Assembly: GCF_011386835.1 (NCBI RefSeq)
Contig: NC_088813.1
Span: forward strand, 9,300,001-9,364,000
Source of the DNA: Chrysemys picta bellii
Taxonomy: Eukaryota
Direction: 5' to 3'
DNA: 64,000 nucleotides
Shown here: in pieces, positions 51,554 through 62,553 of the stretch
How the letters are laid out: each line of letters begins with the position of its first letter
How positions within the stretch are numbered: position 1 is the first letter of the stretch
Notes under the pieces: generated by a model
Databases searched by the model: none
Told to the model about the DNA's origin: nothing
The model's input: only the letters and a program-made list of their open reading frames with translations
Position numbers and translations under genes: made by a program

Positions 51554-52143
51554 CTGGAGGGGAAAGACCGGTGCAAGAACTGAGTGACAAACCCAGAGCC
51601 CTGCCCCTCAGCCAGACTCTTGCATGGCACCATCTGGATACCACGGCAGAGCAGACAAGGCAGGCGCTGGCCCAGTGCAGCCAGTCAATGCTGGGCTGTC
51701 CAGTCTGTTAACGCTCCCCCTGGCTAAGGAGGAAGAGTCACTGGTCCTGCTGGAGAAACCCTCAACCCAAATCTCCCCGATCCTGCGTCAGGGTTTGGCT
51801 CTACGCAGGCCCCCTCCAGCCACCGCCAGGGTTAGGATGAGTTAGTGACAGCGGTCGTGCAGGCCCTCGTGCACAGCCATCATCTCCTTGAGTTCAATGG
51901 AGCGGCTCACGTGTGAGAAGTCCCGCTCCCGCACGAGGGGCTGCGGGGTGGGAGCGCCAGCCTCGCCGCTCTCCTGTCCCCGGCGCTGTCCCATCTCAGC
52001 CAGCCTGGGACGCAGGGCGGGGCTGAGTCTGTTTTACGGCCGCAGAGCTGAGGCAGGGAAGGAGGGCGGCGGTTCTGCTTTCCGGGGGTGCTCAGCACCC
52101 CCATCTGCACTGGATGGCAGTGGGCGCTGCAGCTGTTCAGCAC

Positions 52144-52295
52144 CAGGGCCGGATTTACACCTTACGCACCCCTAGGCACAGCATCTTCAGCCCCCCTCCC
52201 CCTGCCTACAGAGGCCCTTTGTGTTGCCCACGGTTTTAGAGCGGCAGGGCGTCCCTAGGCACGGGCCTACTGTGCCTCATTGGAATCCGGCCCTG
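52144..52295. mobile_element. hAT MITE
   Basis: TIRs cagggccggatt / aatccggccctg. Confidence 0.7.
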
Positions 52296-52565
52296 CTCAG
52301 TCCGCCCGGGGGCGAGCTGCCTGTGCTCACAGAGGGAACCGGATTGAACCCAGGTCGCCATCCACTGCTGTAACCACAAGGCCGTCTTGCCTCTGACAGG
52401 CCTGGCAGTATCTGAAGTGGCCTATGCATGCCCCAGATAGGGTACGAAGCACCCTCAACCCCCATGGAGACAGCAGACACGAGGGTGCCCAGCACCCCGA
52501 AGGCCCTCCCAGAATCTCCCCCCGAACGGCTCCGTGCTCTCCTCGGCCGCCGGCCCAGCGCTCAC

Positions 52566-52727
52566 CTGGCCCATGTACGGCCCGTAGGACTCGGTGCTGG
52601 CGATGCCGCCGTGCTTCTTGATCCACTCGTACGCCTGCCACTCCTCGCCGCCGTCGCAGGCGTGGTTCCCGAAGCCCCAGGAGCAGTCGATCAGGACTTG
52701 CTGGGACAGTGGGGTCAGCACTCCGGT
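52566..52727 (-). CDS. Protease exon 9 (TGVLTPLSQQVLIDCSWGFGNHACDGGEEW…YGPYMGQ)
   Basis: LSQQ.L.DCS..CDGG papain motif. Confidence 0.96.
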
Positions 52728-53288
52728 CTGGGGGGCAGCCGGGAGAAAGTCAGGGTCCCAGCCGAGAGCTCCAAAGTCCCGGGTAATGCACTAAGCCCAG
52801 AGGAGAGGGGGGTTGGGGCTTCCCCCCGGCTCAGGGGGGGTCAGGTGTCTCCCTCCTCCAGCCGAAAGCACCAAAGGTTCCCTCTGGGCACTGCCGCCAC
52901 CCTGGGCCTGCGCACAGGGGGGTCACTGGAGTGTGCCCGGCTGCCCACTGTCCCATTCAAGGATGATCTCCTCCCCCCCCCACAATTGCTTCCTCTCCCC
53001 AGTAAGGGGTGGCCTCTGCCTCCCAGGCATGTTGTGTCTAGCAGGACCAGACACACCATGCTCCACATCTCATAGCTACTCTTGATCACCAGCCAGAGGT
53101 CCCCCGTGGCGTGGAGCAAGGCCATGTTCCCCTTCAGGGCTCCGAACTTAACTCCCAGTCCCGGGCAGCTCGGCCGTGCAGCTAGTGGCAGGAGCCTGAC
53201 AAGTGGGTGTGGGCTCCAGATGCCCCAGCCTGCCTCGGAAACTCTGCACTGCTCCCTCCCTAGACACGCAAGGCAGCAGGGCTCTCAC

Positions 53289-53380
53289 CTTGAGGAACAG
53301 GGCGCCCTCCATCGCCCCGGTGGTAGCAAAGCTCCAGCAGGAGCCGCACACGGCCTGGTCCTTCACTGGCGTCACCGCGC
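53289..53380 (-). CDS. Protease exon 8 (GAVTPVKDQAVCGSCWSFATTGAMEGALFLK)
   Basis: Catalytic Cys and oxyanion-hole Gln. Confidence 0.97.
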
Positions 53381-53631
53381 CTGGGGAGGGAGGGGTTACA
53401 GGACAGGAGGGTTTGCAGTGAGATAATTTGGGGGGTTTAACATCTCCCACATTCTTCCATGGGAAAGTGGCCACTTTGCAGAAAAGTTCCTTTTCGCAGA
53501 GAGTAACGGACCCCACTTCAGCCCTTTGTGGGGCTTGAACCTGGGACCCTCAGAGCTTAAAACAGCCACTGCTGCTTCCTGAGCTAAAAGGCATGCTCCA
53601 TTAAGTGGAGGCCGTGTGAGACTCAAACCCC

Positions 53632-55028
53632 TTCTATGGCCCGGCCACTAGAGAGGGACATAGGCCCAGTCCCTTAGTCTGGGTTACGCTAGCTCTGGTC
53701 AGGAGGAGGTGGGGAACCCTATGGCCCGGCCACTAGAGAGGGACATAGGCCCAGTCCCTTAGTCTGGGTTACGCTAGCTGTGGTCAGGAGAAGATAGGGA
53801 ACCCTACGGCCCGGTCCCTTAGTCTGGGTTACGCTAGCTCTGGTCAGGAGAAGATAGGGAACCCTACGGCCCGGTCCCTTAGTCTGGGTTACGCTAGCTC
53901 TGGTCAGGAGGAGGTGGAGAACCCTACGGCCCGGTCGCTAGAGAGGGACATAGGCCCAGTTCCTTAGTCTGGGTTACGCTAGCTCTGGTCAGGAGGAGGT
54001 GGGGAACCCTATGGCCCGGTCGCTAGAGAGGGACATAGGCCCAGTCCCTTAGTCTGGGTTACGCTAGCTCTGGTCAGGAGGAGGTGGGGAACCCTATGGC
54101 CCGGTCGCTAGAGAGGGACATAGGCCCGGTCCCTTAGTCTGGGTTACGCTAGCTCTGGTCAGGAGGAGGTGGGGAACTCTATGGCCCGGTCGCTAGAGAG
54201 GGACATAGGCCCAGTCCCTTAGTCTGGGTTACGCTAGCTCTGGTCAGGAGGAGGTAGGGAACCCTACGGCCCGGTCCCTTAGTCTGGGTTACGCTAGCTC
54301 TGGTCAGGAGGAGGTGGGGAACCCTACGGCCCGGTCCCTTAGTCTGGGTTACGCTAGCTCTGGTCGGGGGAGGTAGGGAACCCTACGGCCCGGTCCCTTA
54401 GTCTGGGTTACGCTAGCTCTGGTCGGGGGAGGTAGGGAACCCTACGGCCCGGTCCCTTAGTCTGGGTTACGCTAGCTCTGGTCAGGAGGAGGTAGGGAAC
54501 CCTACGGCCCGGTCCCTTAGTCTGGGTTACGCTAGCTCTGGTCAGGAGGAGGTGGGGAACCCTACGGCCCGGTCCCTTAGTCTGGGTTACGCTAGCTCTG
54601 GTCGGGGGAGGTAGGGAACCCTACGGCCCGGTCCCTTAGTCTGGGTTACGCTAGCTCTGGTCGGGGGAGGTAGGGAACCCTACGGCCCGGTCCCTTAGTC
54701 TGGGTTACGCTAGCTCTGGTCAGGAGGAGGTAGGGAACCCTACGGCCCGGTCGCTAGAGAGGGACATAGGCCCAGTTCCTTAGTCTGGGTTACGCTAGCT
54801 CTGGTCAGGAGGAGGTAGGGAACCCTACGGCCCGGTCCCTTAGTCTGGGTTACGCTAGCTCTGGTCAGGAGGAGGTAGGGAACCCTACGGCCCGGTCGCT
54901 AGAGAGGGACATAGGCCCGGTCCCTTAGTCTGGGTTACGCTAGCTCTGGTCAGGAGGAGGTAGGGAACCCTACGGCCCGGTCCCTTAGTCTGGGTTACGC
55001 TAGCTCTGGTCGGGGGAGATAGGGAACT
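53632..55028. repeat. Minisatellite, ~20 units of two lengths (59-60 bp and ~83 bp), in protease intron 7
   Basis: Core tctgggttacgctagct counted 20 times. Confidence 0.95.
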
Positions 55029-55202
55029 CTCAGTGCCTGGGGTGTGCAGTGCATCGGAGCTAGTTTTCTCTGGGATCTGTTTCCCTTCTCAGGCTGTCAT
55101 ATGTAGCGGCTCCAGACGAGAGCCCCCTGGGCAGGGCTTAGACTCCCCGCTGCACCATTGGCAGGTTAGAATGGGAGGCAGAGCCCGGCATGTCTCACTC
55201 AC

Positions 55203-55396
55203 CGTACAGCCTCCAGTCCAGGCTCTCCGGTAGGACGAGGCTCTTGTACCCCTCGGACGGGAACGGCTGCCCGTTGTTGGGGGCCCCGCTCTTTAGCCGA
55301 CCCCGCAGCACGGCCATCTCCTCCGGGGTGCGGTCGGCCAGGTGGTTCAGCACCAGCTTGTAGGGCAGGTTGGCCCGATTCTTGGAGTGGACGTAC
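55203..55396 (-). CDS. Protease exon 7 (RYVHSKNRANLPYKLVLNHLAD…LPESLDWRLY)
   Basis: End of prodomain and LP.S.DWR start of the mature enzyme. Confidence 0.95.
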
Positions 55397-56196
55397 CTGG
55401 GAGGGGATGGATGATGTGAAGACGGGGGAGCCAGGCAGCAGGCAGCACTGGCTTGTGGCCACCCCCCCTGTAGCCAGTAACCCCAAAAAACCAAACAATC
55501 ATAACCGGCATGGGAGGAGCCTAGCCATGCCAGGGCACATGGGAGAAGCAATCCCAGAAGAAACCACCTCCTCCTCCCACCTAGGCTGGAGGCCGCAGAA
55601 GCTCAGCCCTGTAATGAGAGGGAAGGGCCTGGGACAGTATCTGGGTCAGGTTCCATGGGCCGTGATGCAGAGCAGTCGTCCCTTAGCACTTACCCTCTAA
55701 GCTGCTCTTTGGGGAGGGAATGTCATGCAAGAGACTCAGCCTGCATCACTTCTAGCGGTCTGGGGAGTTCCCTCAGCTTGGGGCTGCCCCACGTGTGGTG
55801 GGAGAGGCCAGGGGTTTGCACCCAAACTTCCCAGCCCCAACCCCTGGATTTTTTGGGTGCCCAGCTGGAGATGCTTGGGGCCGGATTTTCAGTCTGGACC
55901 GAGAGTCCTGAACGCTCGAGCTGCACACCCAAAGAACAGCAACCAAAAATCACACTCACGCTGTGTCCTGGGTTCGTTCCAGGCATACGACGTGAGGGCA
56001 CGTTGACCAGGCATCCTCTCTTCTCAAGAGATTACCCCAGCACAGCCCCACACAGGCTGGGCAGGAGTCTCTTCCATCGTTATTAGAAGACGCCTCTATC
56101 AAGCAACCATTTTTTTTGCTGGTCCCTTGGATCATTCCTTGAGATACTTAAACAAACCCTCTCGTTCCTCCTTTCCGTTCCCAGATAGCCCCGTAC

Positions 56197-56398
56197 CTCA
56201 TGTTGTGGATGAAGGTGCGTTTCCTGTGTTCCATCTCCTTCTCGGTGCTGTATGTCTTCCTGAACTTCTCCTTGTAGTGGTGGAACAGCCGGTGATGGAC
56301 TCTGTCTGTTTCTCTAATTCTCCCGACGAATTCCTGCATTGGATTGGCCAGGATCTGGTGCTCCGGCCCTGCGCCAGGCCAGTGCTCGCATTTTAGAC
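56197..56398 (-). CDS. Protease exon 6 (GLKCEHWPGAGPEHQILANPMQEF…EMEHRKRTFIHNM)
   Basis: NPM.EF motif and start of I29/ERFNIN; 202 nt. Confidence 0.93.
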
Positions 56399-56601
56399 CT
56401 AGAAAGGATAGAGGCAGAAGCAACGGTCATGGACAAGTTTGTGGCAGGCACAGATTATTCCTGGAGCAGACTGCCAGGGCAAAGGTTATCAAGAGCAGGA
56501 CTGACTATCTGATCATAGAATCATAGAAGATTAGGGTTGGAAGAGACCTCAGGAGGTATCTAGTCCAACCTCCTGCTCAAAGCAGGATCTACACCAACTA
56601 A

Positions 56602-56814
56602 GTATCAGAGGGGTAGCCGTGTTAGTCTGAATCTGTAAAAAGCAACAGAGGGTCCTGTGGCACCTTTAAGACTAACAGAAGTATTGGGAGCATAAGCTTT
56701 CGTGGGTAAGAACCTCACTTCTTGCATCTGAAGAAGTGAGGTTCTTACCCACGAAAGCTTATGCTCCCAATACTTCTGTTAGTCTTAAAGGTGCCACAGG
56801 ACCCTCTGTTGCTT
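56602..56814. mobile_element. Penelope-derived inverted-repeat insertion (second subfamily)
   Basis: TSD (t)ctacaccaactaa, 13-14 bp; intact hammerhead on the + strand at 56724-56764. Confidence 0.88.
56724..56764 (+). ncRNA. Minimal type-I hammerhead ribozyme motif (Penelope-type)
   Basis: gcat-CTGAAGA-a-gtg[..]cac-GAAA-gctt-atgc: stem I gcat/atgc and palindromic AAGCTT stem III. Activity untested. Confidence 0.6.
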
Positions 56815-58206
56815 TCTACACCAACTAAATCATCCCAGCCAGGGCTTTGTCAAGCCGGGCCTTAAAAACTTCTAAGGAAGGAAATTCCACCACCTCCCTA
56901 GGTAACCCATTCCAGTGCTTCACCACCCTCTTAGTGAAATAGTGTTTCCTGATATCCAACCTAGATCTCCCCCACTGCAACTTGAGACCATTATTCCTTG
57001 TTCTGTCATCTGCCACCACTGAGAACAGCCGAACTCCATCCTCTTTGGAACCCCCCTTCAGGTAGTTGAAAGCAGCTATCAAATCCCCCCTCATTCTTCT
57101 CTTCTGCAGACTAAATAACCCCAGTTCCCTGAGCCTCTCCTCATAAATCATGTGCTCCAGCCCCCTAATCATTTCTGTTGCCCTCCGCTGGACTCTCTCT
57201 CTCTATCAATCAATCATAAATCAAGCTGCATCTTCACCAGTTCACTTCTTGCTGCAGTAGAAAGTTGTGGTTGGCCTATAGGTAGGGAGTAGGCCAGATT
57301 GTGCTGGTACATGGCTGTTAATCTGGAGTAATTCCCTTTGAGTTGGGGGAGGGGAGGGTTACATCAGTGTAAATCCAGGGTCAGAGCAGAATCTGGCCCT
57401 GCACCGGTTTTTCACTGCGTTAGGCACTTGCAGAGGGCCCTCCCCATGTCCCAGGCTAGGTTCAGAAGTAAGGGATGGAGAGCTCTTTTCTAGGACCTTG
57501 GTCCAGTTACGTTTTCAAACCCTACAGTCGAGCAGGGGGAGATTTGGTTAGAGGGAGCATCTTTATCATCTCAGAAATTCCCAGGGCTTGGTTTATTCTC
57601 AAAACCCTCCCCCATGCAAGCCAGCGGCACTGCCTGTGCTAACAGCACCTACCCCACACCATGGCCTGACACCAGGGAGCAGGCTGGGCCAGGCCAGTGT
57701 GACCTCTCCAGTTCAGTTCAGCAGAAGGGCGTCAGAAAAGTAGAGGCACATGGAGCCTGGCATCAGTTAGTGGATTAGCCAGCCTGGCTCTGGAGGACCA
57801 CATGGCTGTCACTGTTGTAAACAGACTTCAGCAGAACTACGCTGCTGCACACCAGCTGAGGGGCCGTATGGAAAGCTGACACGTCTCTGCCCAGTGCAAG
57901 GTTTGCCAGCGCCAGTACGTTCACATCTAGCGTTTGCCAACCAGGATCTGCATGGCACGGGCTCTCCGTTCAGTCTGTACAGCTTCACCAACAGACTGTG
58001 CTCCGTGAGGACACCAGCGCCATCTACACAGGCACTGATCTGGTTTCAAGTCCCTTGATTCACCAACCCGTTCGCCTGCGGCGTGGCCAGGTATTGCTGT
58101 AGCCAGAAGCGCTTGCAGGGTATGGAGGGGATGGGCGGTGTCTCACCTGGATCTACGGTCCCTTGCTGCCGTGTTGGGTGTGGTGGCAGAAGCCCTATAG
58201 ACCAGG

Positions 58207-59285
58207 TGTGACGTTATTGACATAAACTGGGACCATATAGATCATTGTTGCAACCAAGGTCCTGTAGTGGCACCCAAATCTTGTATAAAGGGGGTCAAAT
58301 GGGGTGTCTAAGACAAGGTTATGGTTTACTGGTTATGATTATGCTGTCTTTATGGGTGTATCAGTTTTGTAGTTGAAGTTATGAATATTGGCTCTATACT
58401 GTCTGTATGGCAAACTTATGCTATGCTTCTGGGTGACATCCCAGACAAGCTGAGATTAGCTCTGCCTAGCCTGCTTGATGGCCCATTAAGGACCATCAGC
58501 TATACAATGGCCTCATTGAGAGAAGGCAAATATGCCTTCAGACTCAGCAAAGTATGCAGGAACTTGCCCATGTGACTCCAGACTCCATTTTGCTGTAATT
58601 TTCCACAGTAAGAACAAAGAGGTGTTCTTACACCTGGAAAAGACTATATAAGGCTGATGCCTCATCTCCATCTTGTCTTCAAGCCTGCTTCTTACCTCTG
58701 GAGGAACTTCGCTACACTGAAGCTCTGAACAAAGGACTGAGGACCCATCCCAGCGGGGGATGTATTCCAGAGACTTGACTTGAACCTGCAGTTTATTCCA
58801 TCGCTGCTGCAAGCCTGAACCAAGAACTTTGCCATCACTGTATGTAATTGATTCCATTTAACCAATTCTAACTCTCATCTCTATCTTTTTCCTTTTATGA
58901 ATAAACCTTTAGATTTTAGATTCTAAAGGATTGGCAACAGCGTGATTTGTGGGCAAGATCTGATTTGTATATTGACCTGGGTCTGGGGCTTGGTCCTTTG
59001 GGATCAGGAGAACCTTTTTCTTTTACTGGGGTATTGGTTTTCATAACCATTTGTCCCCATAACGAGTGGCACTGGTGGTGATACTGGGAAACTGGAGTGT
59101 CTAAGGAGATTGCTTGTGAGACTTGCGGTTAGCCAGGGGGGTGAGACCGAAGTCGTCCTAGTCTGGCTGGTTTGGTTTGCCTTAGAGGTGGAAGAACCCC
59201 AACCTTGGGCTGTAACTGCCCTGTTTGAGCAATTTGTCCTGAGTTGGCACTCTCGGTTGGGTTCCGCCAGAACCGCATTGTCACA
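58207..59285 (+). mobile_element. Solo LTR in protease intron 5
   Basis: TGTGAC…GTCACA termini; perfect 5-bp TSD ccagg; AATAAA at 58900-58905. Confidence 0.9.
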
Positions 59286-59306
59286 CCAGGGCAGCAGGGC
59301 GCTTAC

Positions 59307-59547
59307 CGTGTGGGAGGCTGAAGACCTCGGCTGGGTAGCTGCGGGTGAAGCCGCTGTAGTCGATCTCGTACTTGTCGTAGTGGGAGCCCAGCAGGCTGTT
59401 GAAGCCCCGCATCTCATAGTGGACGGGCACGGGGCCGTTGGCGGAGCTGGCCACCCACAGGGTGTAGACGTTCTTCTTCCGGCCCCAGTAGGACACGTTC
59501 TGCAGCACGGTGCAGAGCTGCCCTTTGTAGAACTCCTCCCGCACGGG
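59307..59547 (-). CDS. Protease exon 5 (PVREEFYKG…PVHYEMRGFNSLLGSHYDKYEIDY…VFSLPH)
   Basis: P..YEM.G.N.LLGSHYD.Y..DY motif; 241 nt. Confidence 0.95.
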
Positions 59548-59986
59548 CTGGGGAGGCAGCGGGCGTTAGGGGCAGTGTTTCCGAATGAGGTGGGACAGCT
59601 AACTGCCGGAGCAAGAGAGATCCTACGCGGTGCAAACACGAAGCGCTGCCCGCGGCGTCCTGGCCAGCAGCTGTGTGCGCTCTGAGCCACAGGACGAAGG
59701 CTCGCTGTGCAGCAGTCAGGCCAAGCTCGCGCCTCGGGGCTGGAAGTCTAGATGCGGGCCAGTCCTCCCCTCTTGGGGGACATTCTCCCCGGGGGTGCAC
59801 AAAGGGGGAAGTCCCCATCCCCCTTCAGCTGCCGCAGAGCCCCATGGCGCGTGTGCTTTGTCAGGGCATTGGCCCTGTGGTATGGAGCAGGGCGAGGTAG
59901 CTAAGGGGACGGAGAGCCCATTCGCCAAGCAGGATGCCTGGCATCCGGGGCTCGTCTTTGGCAGGTCCCGTGAGACACAGGCTCAC

Positions 59987-60159
59987 CTTGAAGCCGTCCA
60001 GGCGGGGGAAGACGCTCTGCGGGCTGATGAGATCCCCGGCCGTGCCATTGACCTGGAAGCACTTCCGAACGTTCGACTCGGTTTCTGTGGTTTCTGGGGT
60101 CACCTTGAAACTGGCGCCGAATGGCTCCAGAGAGCCAAGCTGGTACGTGATCACTTGGC
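59987..60159 (-). CDS. Protease exon 4 (GQVITYQLG…KVTPETTETESNVRKCFQVNGT…SVFPRLDGFK)
   Basis: In-phase, GT-AG bounded; 173 nt. Confidence 0.92.
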
Positions 60160-60937
60160 CTGCAGGGACGCACCCAGGGCAAGCAGTTACCACAGAGGGC
60201 TACAACAGTGCTGCGGGCGCTCACGCCCTCCCCCGAGGGCAAGGGGAAACGTAACAGAGACGACCGTCCCGCTGTGCTGAGCGACGGGGGGTTGGGAGAC
60301 ACGGGCCATACCGAGGGCTAGAGGTAGCCCCGGCACTCACTGCAGTGGGATGTGGGACTCCCCCGAGCTGCTAAGTAGGAGTAAATGGGGTGCTCACTGG
60401 GTTCGCCAGTGGAGCTGCCCTGGCGTGCCGCTGGCAGGAGCGGAGAGAAGCAGGCTTGCTGGACGGGGAGGGTGGCCAGTTTAGTTGCAGCCGCTGTGAC
60501 CTGAAGCCATTAACCGCGTTCTAGCAAAGAATCACGGAATAAACTAGAGCTGTGGGCCTAATCCCGAGCGTCCTGGCTTGGATTTCCCTCTCTGACACCC
60601 CCGGCCTCCACTGGGGGGCTGCCTGCATCAGGACCGCAGCTCTGGTACCATCCTGGGGCCAGATCCTAAGCTCCTAGCTCAACCCCAGAGCAAGCGCTAG
60701 AAGCTCAGTTTATCTGCACCACAGAACTTCAACTGATCTATTCTTAGCCTGCGGGGCCTTGGCCCCGGTGCTGCTTCTCCAGGCGTGCTATGACAGAGAC
60801 CCATCCGCAGCACTAGATGCACTCAGAGGAGAGGGCCCGGCCGTGCAGCCAGACGTGGGCAATCCATTCAAAGTGCATTAGGGGGAAGGGACGCTGCCTC
60901 CGTGGACCGCGACCCCAACAGTATCCAGGTGACCTAC

Positions 60938-61030
60938 CGTGGTAGTACTGGATACGGCTCTGGCCTCCGGTCAGGTTGTACCAGGCTTCGAAGGGCTCCT
61001 TGATTTCAGCATAGGGCAGGCTGATAACCC
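60938..61030 (-). CDS. Protease exon 3 (GVISLPYAEIKEPFEAWYNLTGGQSRIQYYH)
   Basis: LPYAEI.EPF.AWY...SRI.YY motif of the 26-kDa N-terminal domain. Confidence 0.93.
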
Positions 61031-62496
61031 CTGCAGGACACGAGGTGACAGGAGCCAGGTTAGCCTGTCCCATAGAGACCGAGGGACCAGGTCATAGCTA
61101 CAGTTAATTGCTTTAGAGACGGTGTGCCCCGCCCATACAGTCAGACCACACTCCCCAGCTGCAGGGCCCATGCAGGGGCAGCTAAGAGCAACCTACCAGC
61201 CGATTTTAAACGCAGGACCCTAATCCTGATCCCCGGCTCACCCTGTACCCAAGCGAACTCTCCCCGAAGCCAGTGGGAGGGTAGAAAAGCTGAGTATGGG
61301 ATTGCCCCAGTGTTCTCTAACCTGGTTTCATGGTTCAGCAATTGCACCGCAAATCATTGTTAAGGGCTGCGAATTCACGACAGAGGGCGGTTGGGGGGAA
61401 TGGGGCAGCACTGAGGTAAATTTCAGTCGCCAGAGACATCCCTTCTAGTGAGAGCTCGTCGGCAGGGGGCCCAGGGCACTTGCCCAGCTAGGAGGAGATT
61501 GTAAGTTCGTCTCGATAGGGGTCCTATCCAAACCACTTCCGAGGCGACAAAGCTCGTTTGCCAGGGTCTAGAGGTGGGGACGGGGGGATCTAAGGTTGTT
61601 TCGAGATGTGCTTGAACAAGACTATGTGCACTTCCTTCCTTGTGCACTGAGAAATGGGAGCGGCAGGCTCCTCGCTCCTCCCCCCCCCCCCCCCCCCCCC
61701 GTGCCACCAAAGTACCGTGCTGCAGTGCATAATGTTAGCAGTCCACTGGAGCCTGCAGCTCTGATTGTGCAGGGTGATATCACGGCTTCTACAGAATTAC
61801 TTTCCTCCCTACTCTTTGGACTCCTACACGGGAGTGTGGCATTCAAACACAGACCGCGGCCGGGCCCCTGTCAATAGAGGAGGTGCAACCGTCTTTCAAA
61901 ATATACAGAGGGAACAAACCTGGACAACAGTATTCTAACGGGGGGGGGGGGGGGATCAGGGCCCTACATCTGCACTCCTTTGCATTGTGCGGCTGGGGGA
62001 GAGGGCGGTCTGATTTGAAGCCGAGACCTAGCTATGCAGCTTTGGTGGCTGGAACACCTCCCAGACCTGGAGGGGACTGATTTCTCAAGCCAGATGTGTC
62101 TGACATCTCAAGAGAAGAGCTGACCCCCTCCCCACCCAACCCTTGTACCCAGACGCCAGGCTTAAACTTGACTTGGAGCCGAGCACCACTTCTGCCCTGC
62201 CAAAGTACTTTGGGCCACATTTTCAAAGGTATTTAGGTACCTACAGCTGCAGATAAGCACCTAACCAGCTCCCATTGATTTCCAGTACCCAATCTACGGC
62301 AGCGTTTTTGGAAATCCCACTAGGCCCCCTACTTGCATTAAATACCTGTGCAAATCTGTCCCTGTGAGATTCTACAGCACCTTCCAGCCAGGATCTCCAA
62401 GCACTTTGCAAATGCTCATTAAGCCTCAGAACTCCCATCTTTAAGACACCACCTCCCTGGGACAGCCCCCAATACACACGGGGTTAAGCCCATTAC

Positions 62497-62553
62497 CTGT
62501 AACGTGATAGACATCTCCGAACTTGGGGACTAGCTGCAGGTTGCCCTCGGCTC
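62497..62553 (-). CDS. Protease exon 2 (GAEGNLQLVPKFGDVYHVT)
   Basis: ttctcttccag acceptor, CAG|GTAAT donor; P.F...YHV.G motif of 26/29-kDa proteases. Confidence 0.85.

Larger units (their letters stand above)
56513..57200 (-). mobile_element. CR1 LINE 3' fragment, interrupted by a Penelope insertion
   Basis: ORF 56825-57172 ([22 protein letters not shown]…) plus atcatagaatcataga terminal repeat. Confidence 0.92.

Noticed and set aside
51242-53075. Plus-strand ORFs of 113 and 215 aa (also 59110-60280)
   Set aside because: Antisense to protease exons in GC-rich DNA.
53632-55028. CRISPR-like repeat/spacer appearance
   Set aside because: Eukaryotic intron; the 'spacers' are not unique but recurring variants; no cas genes.
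61676-61700. Long poly-C/poly-G runs (also ~30376, ~63755)
   Set aside because: Simple homopolymers whose length is unreliable in assemblies; no functional inference possible.
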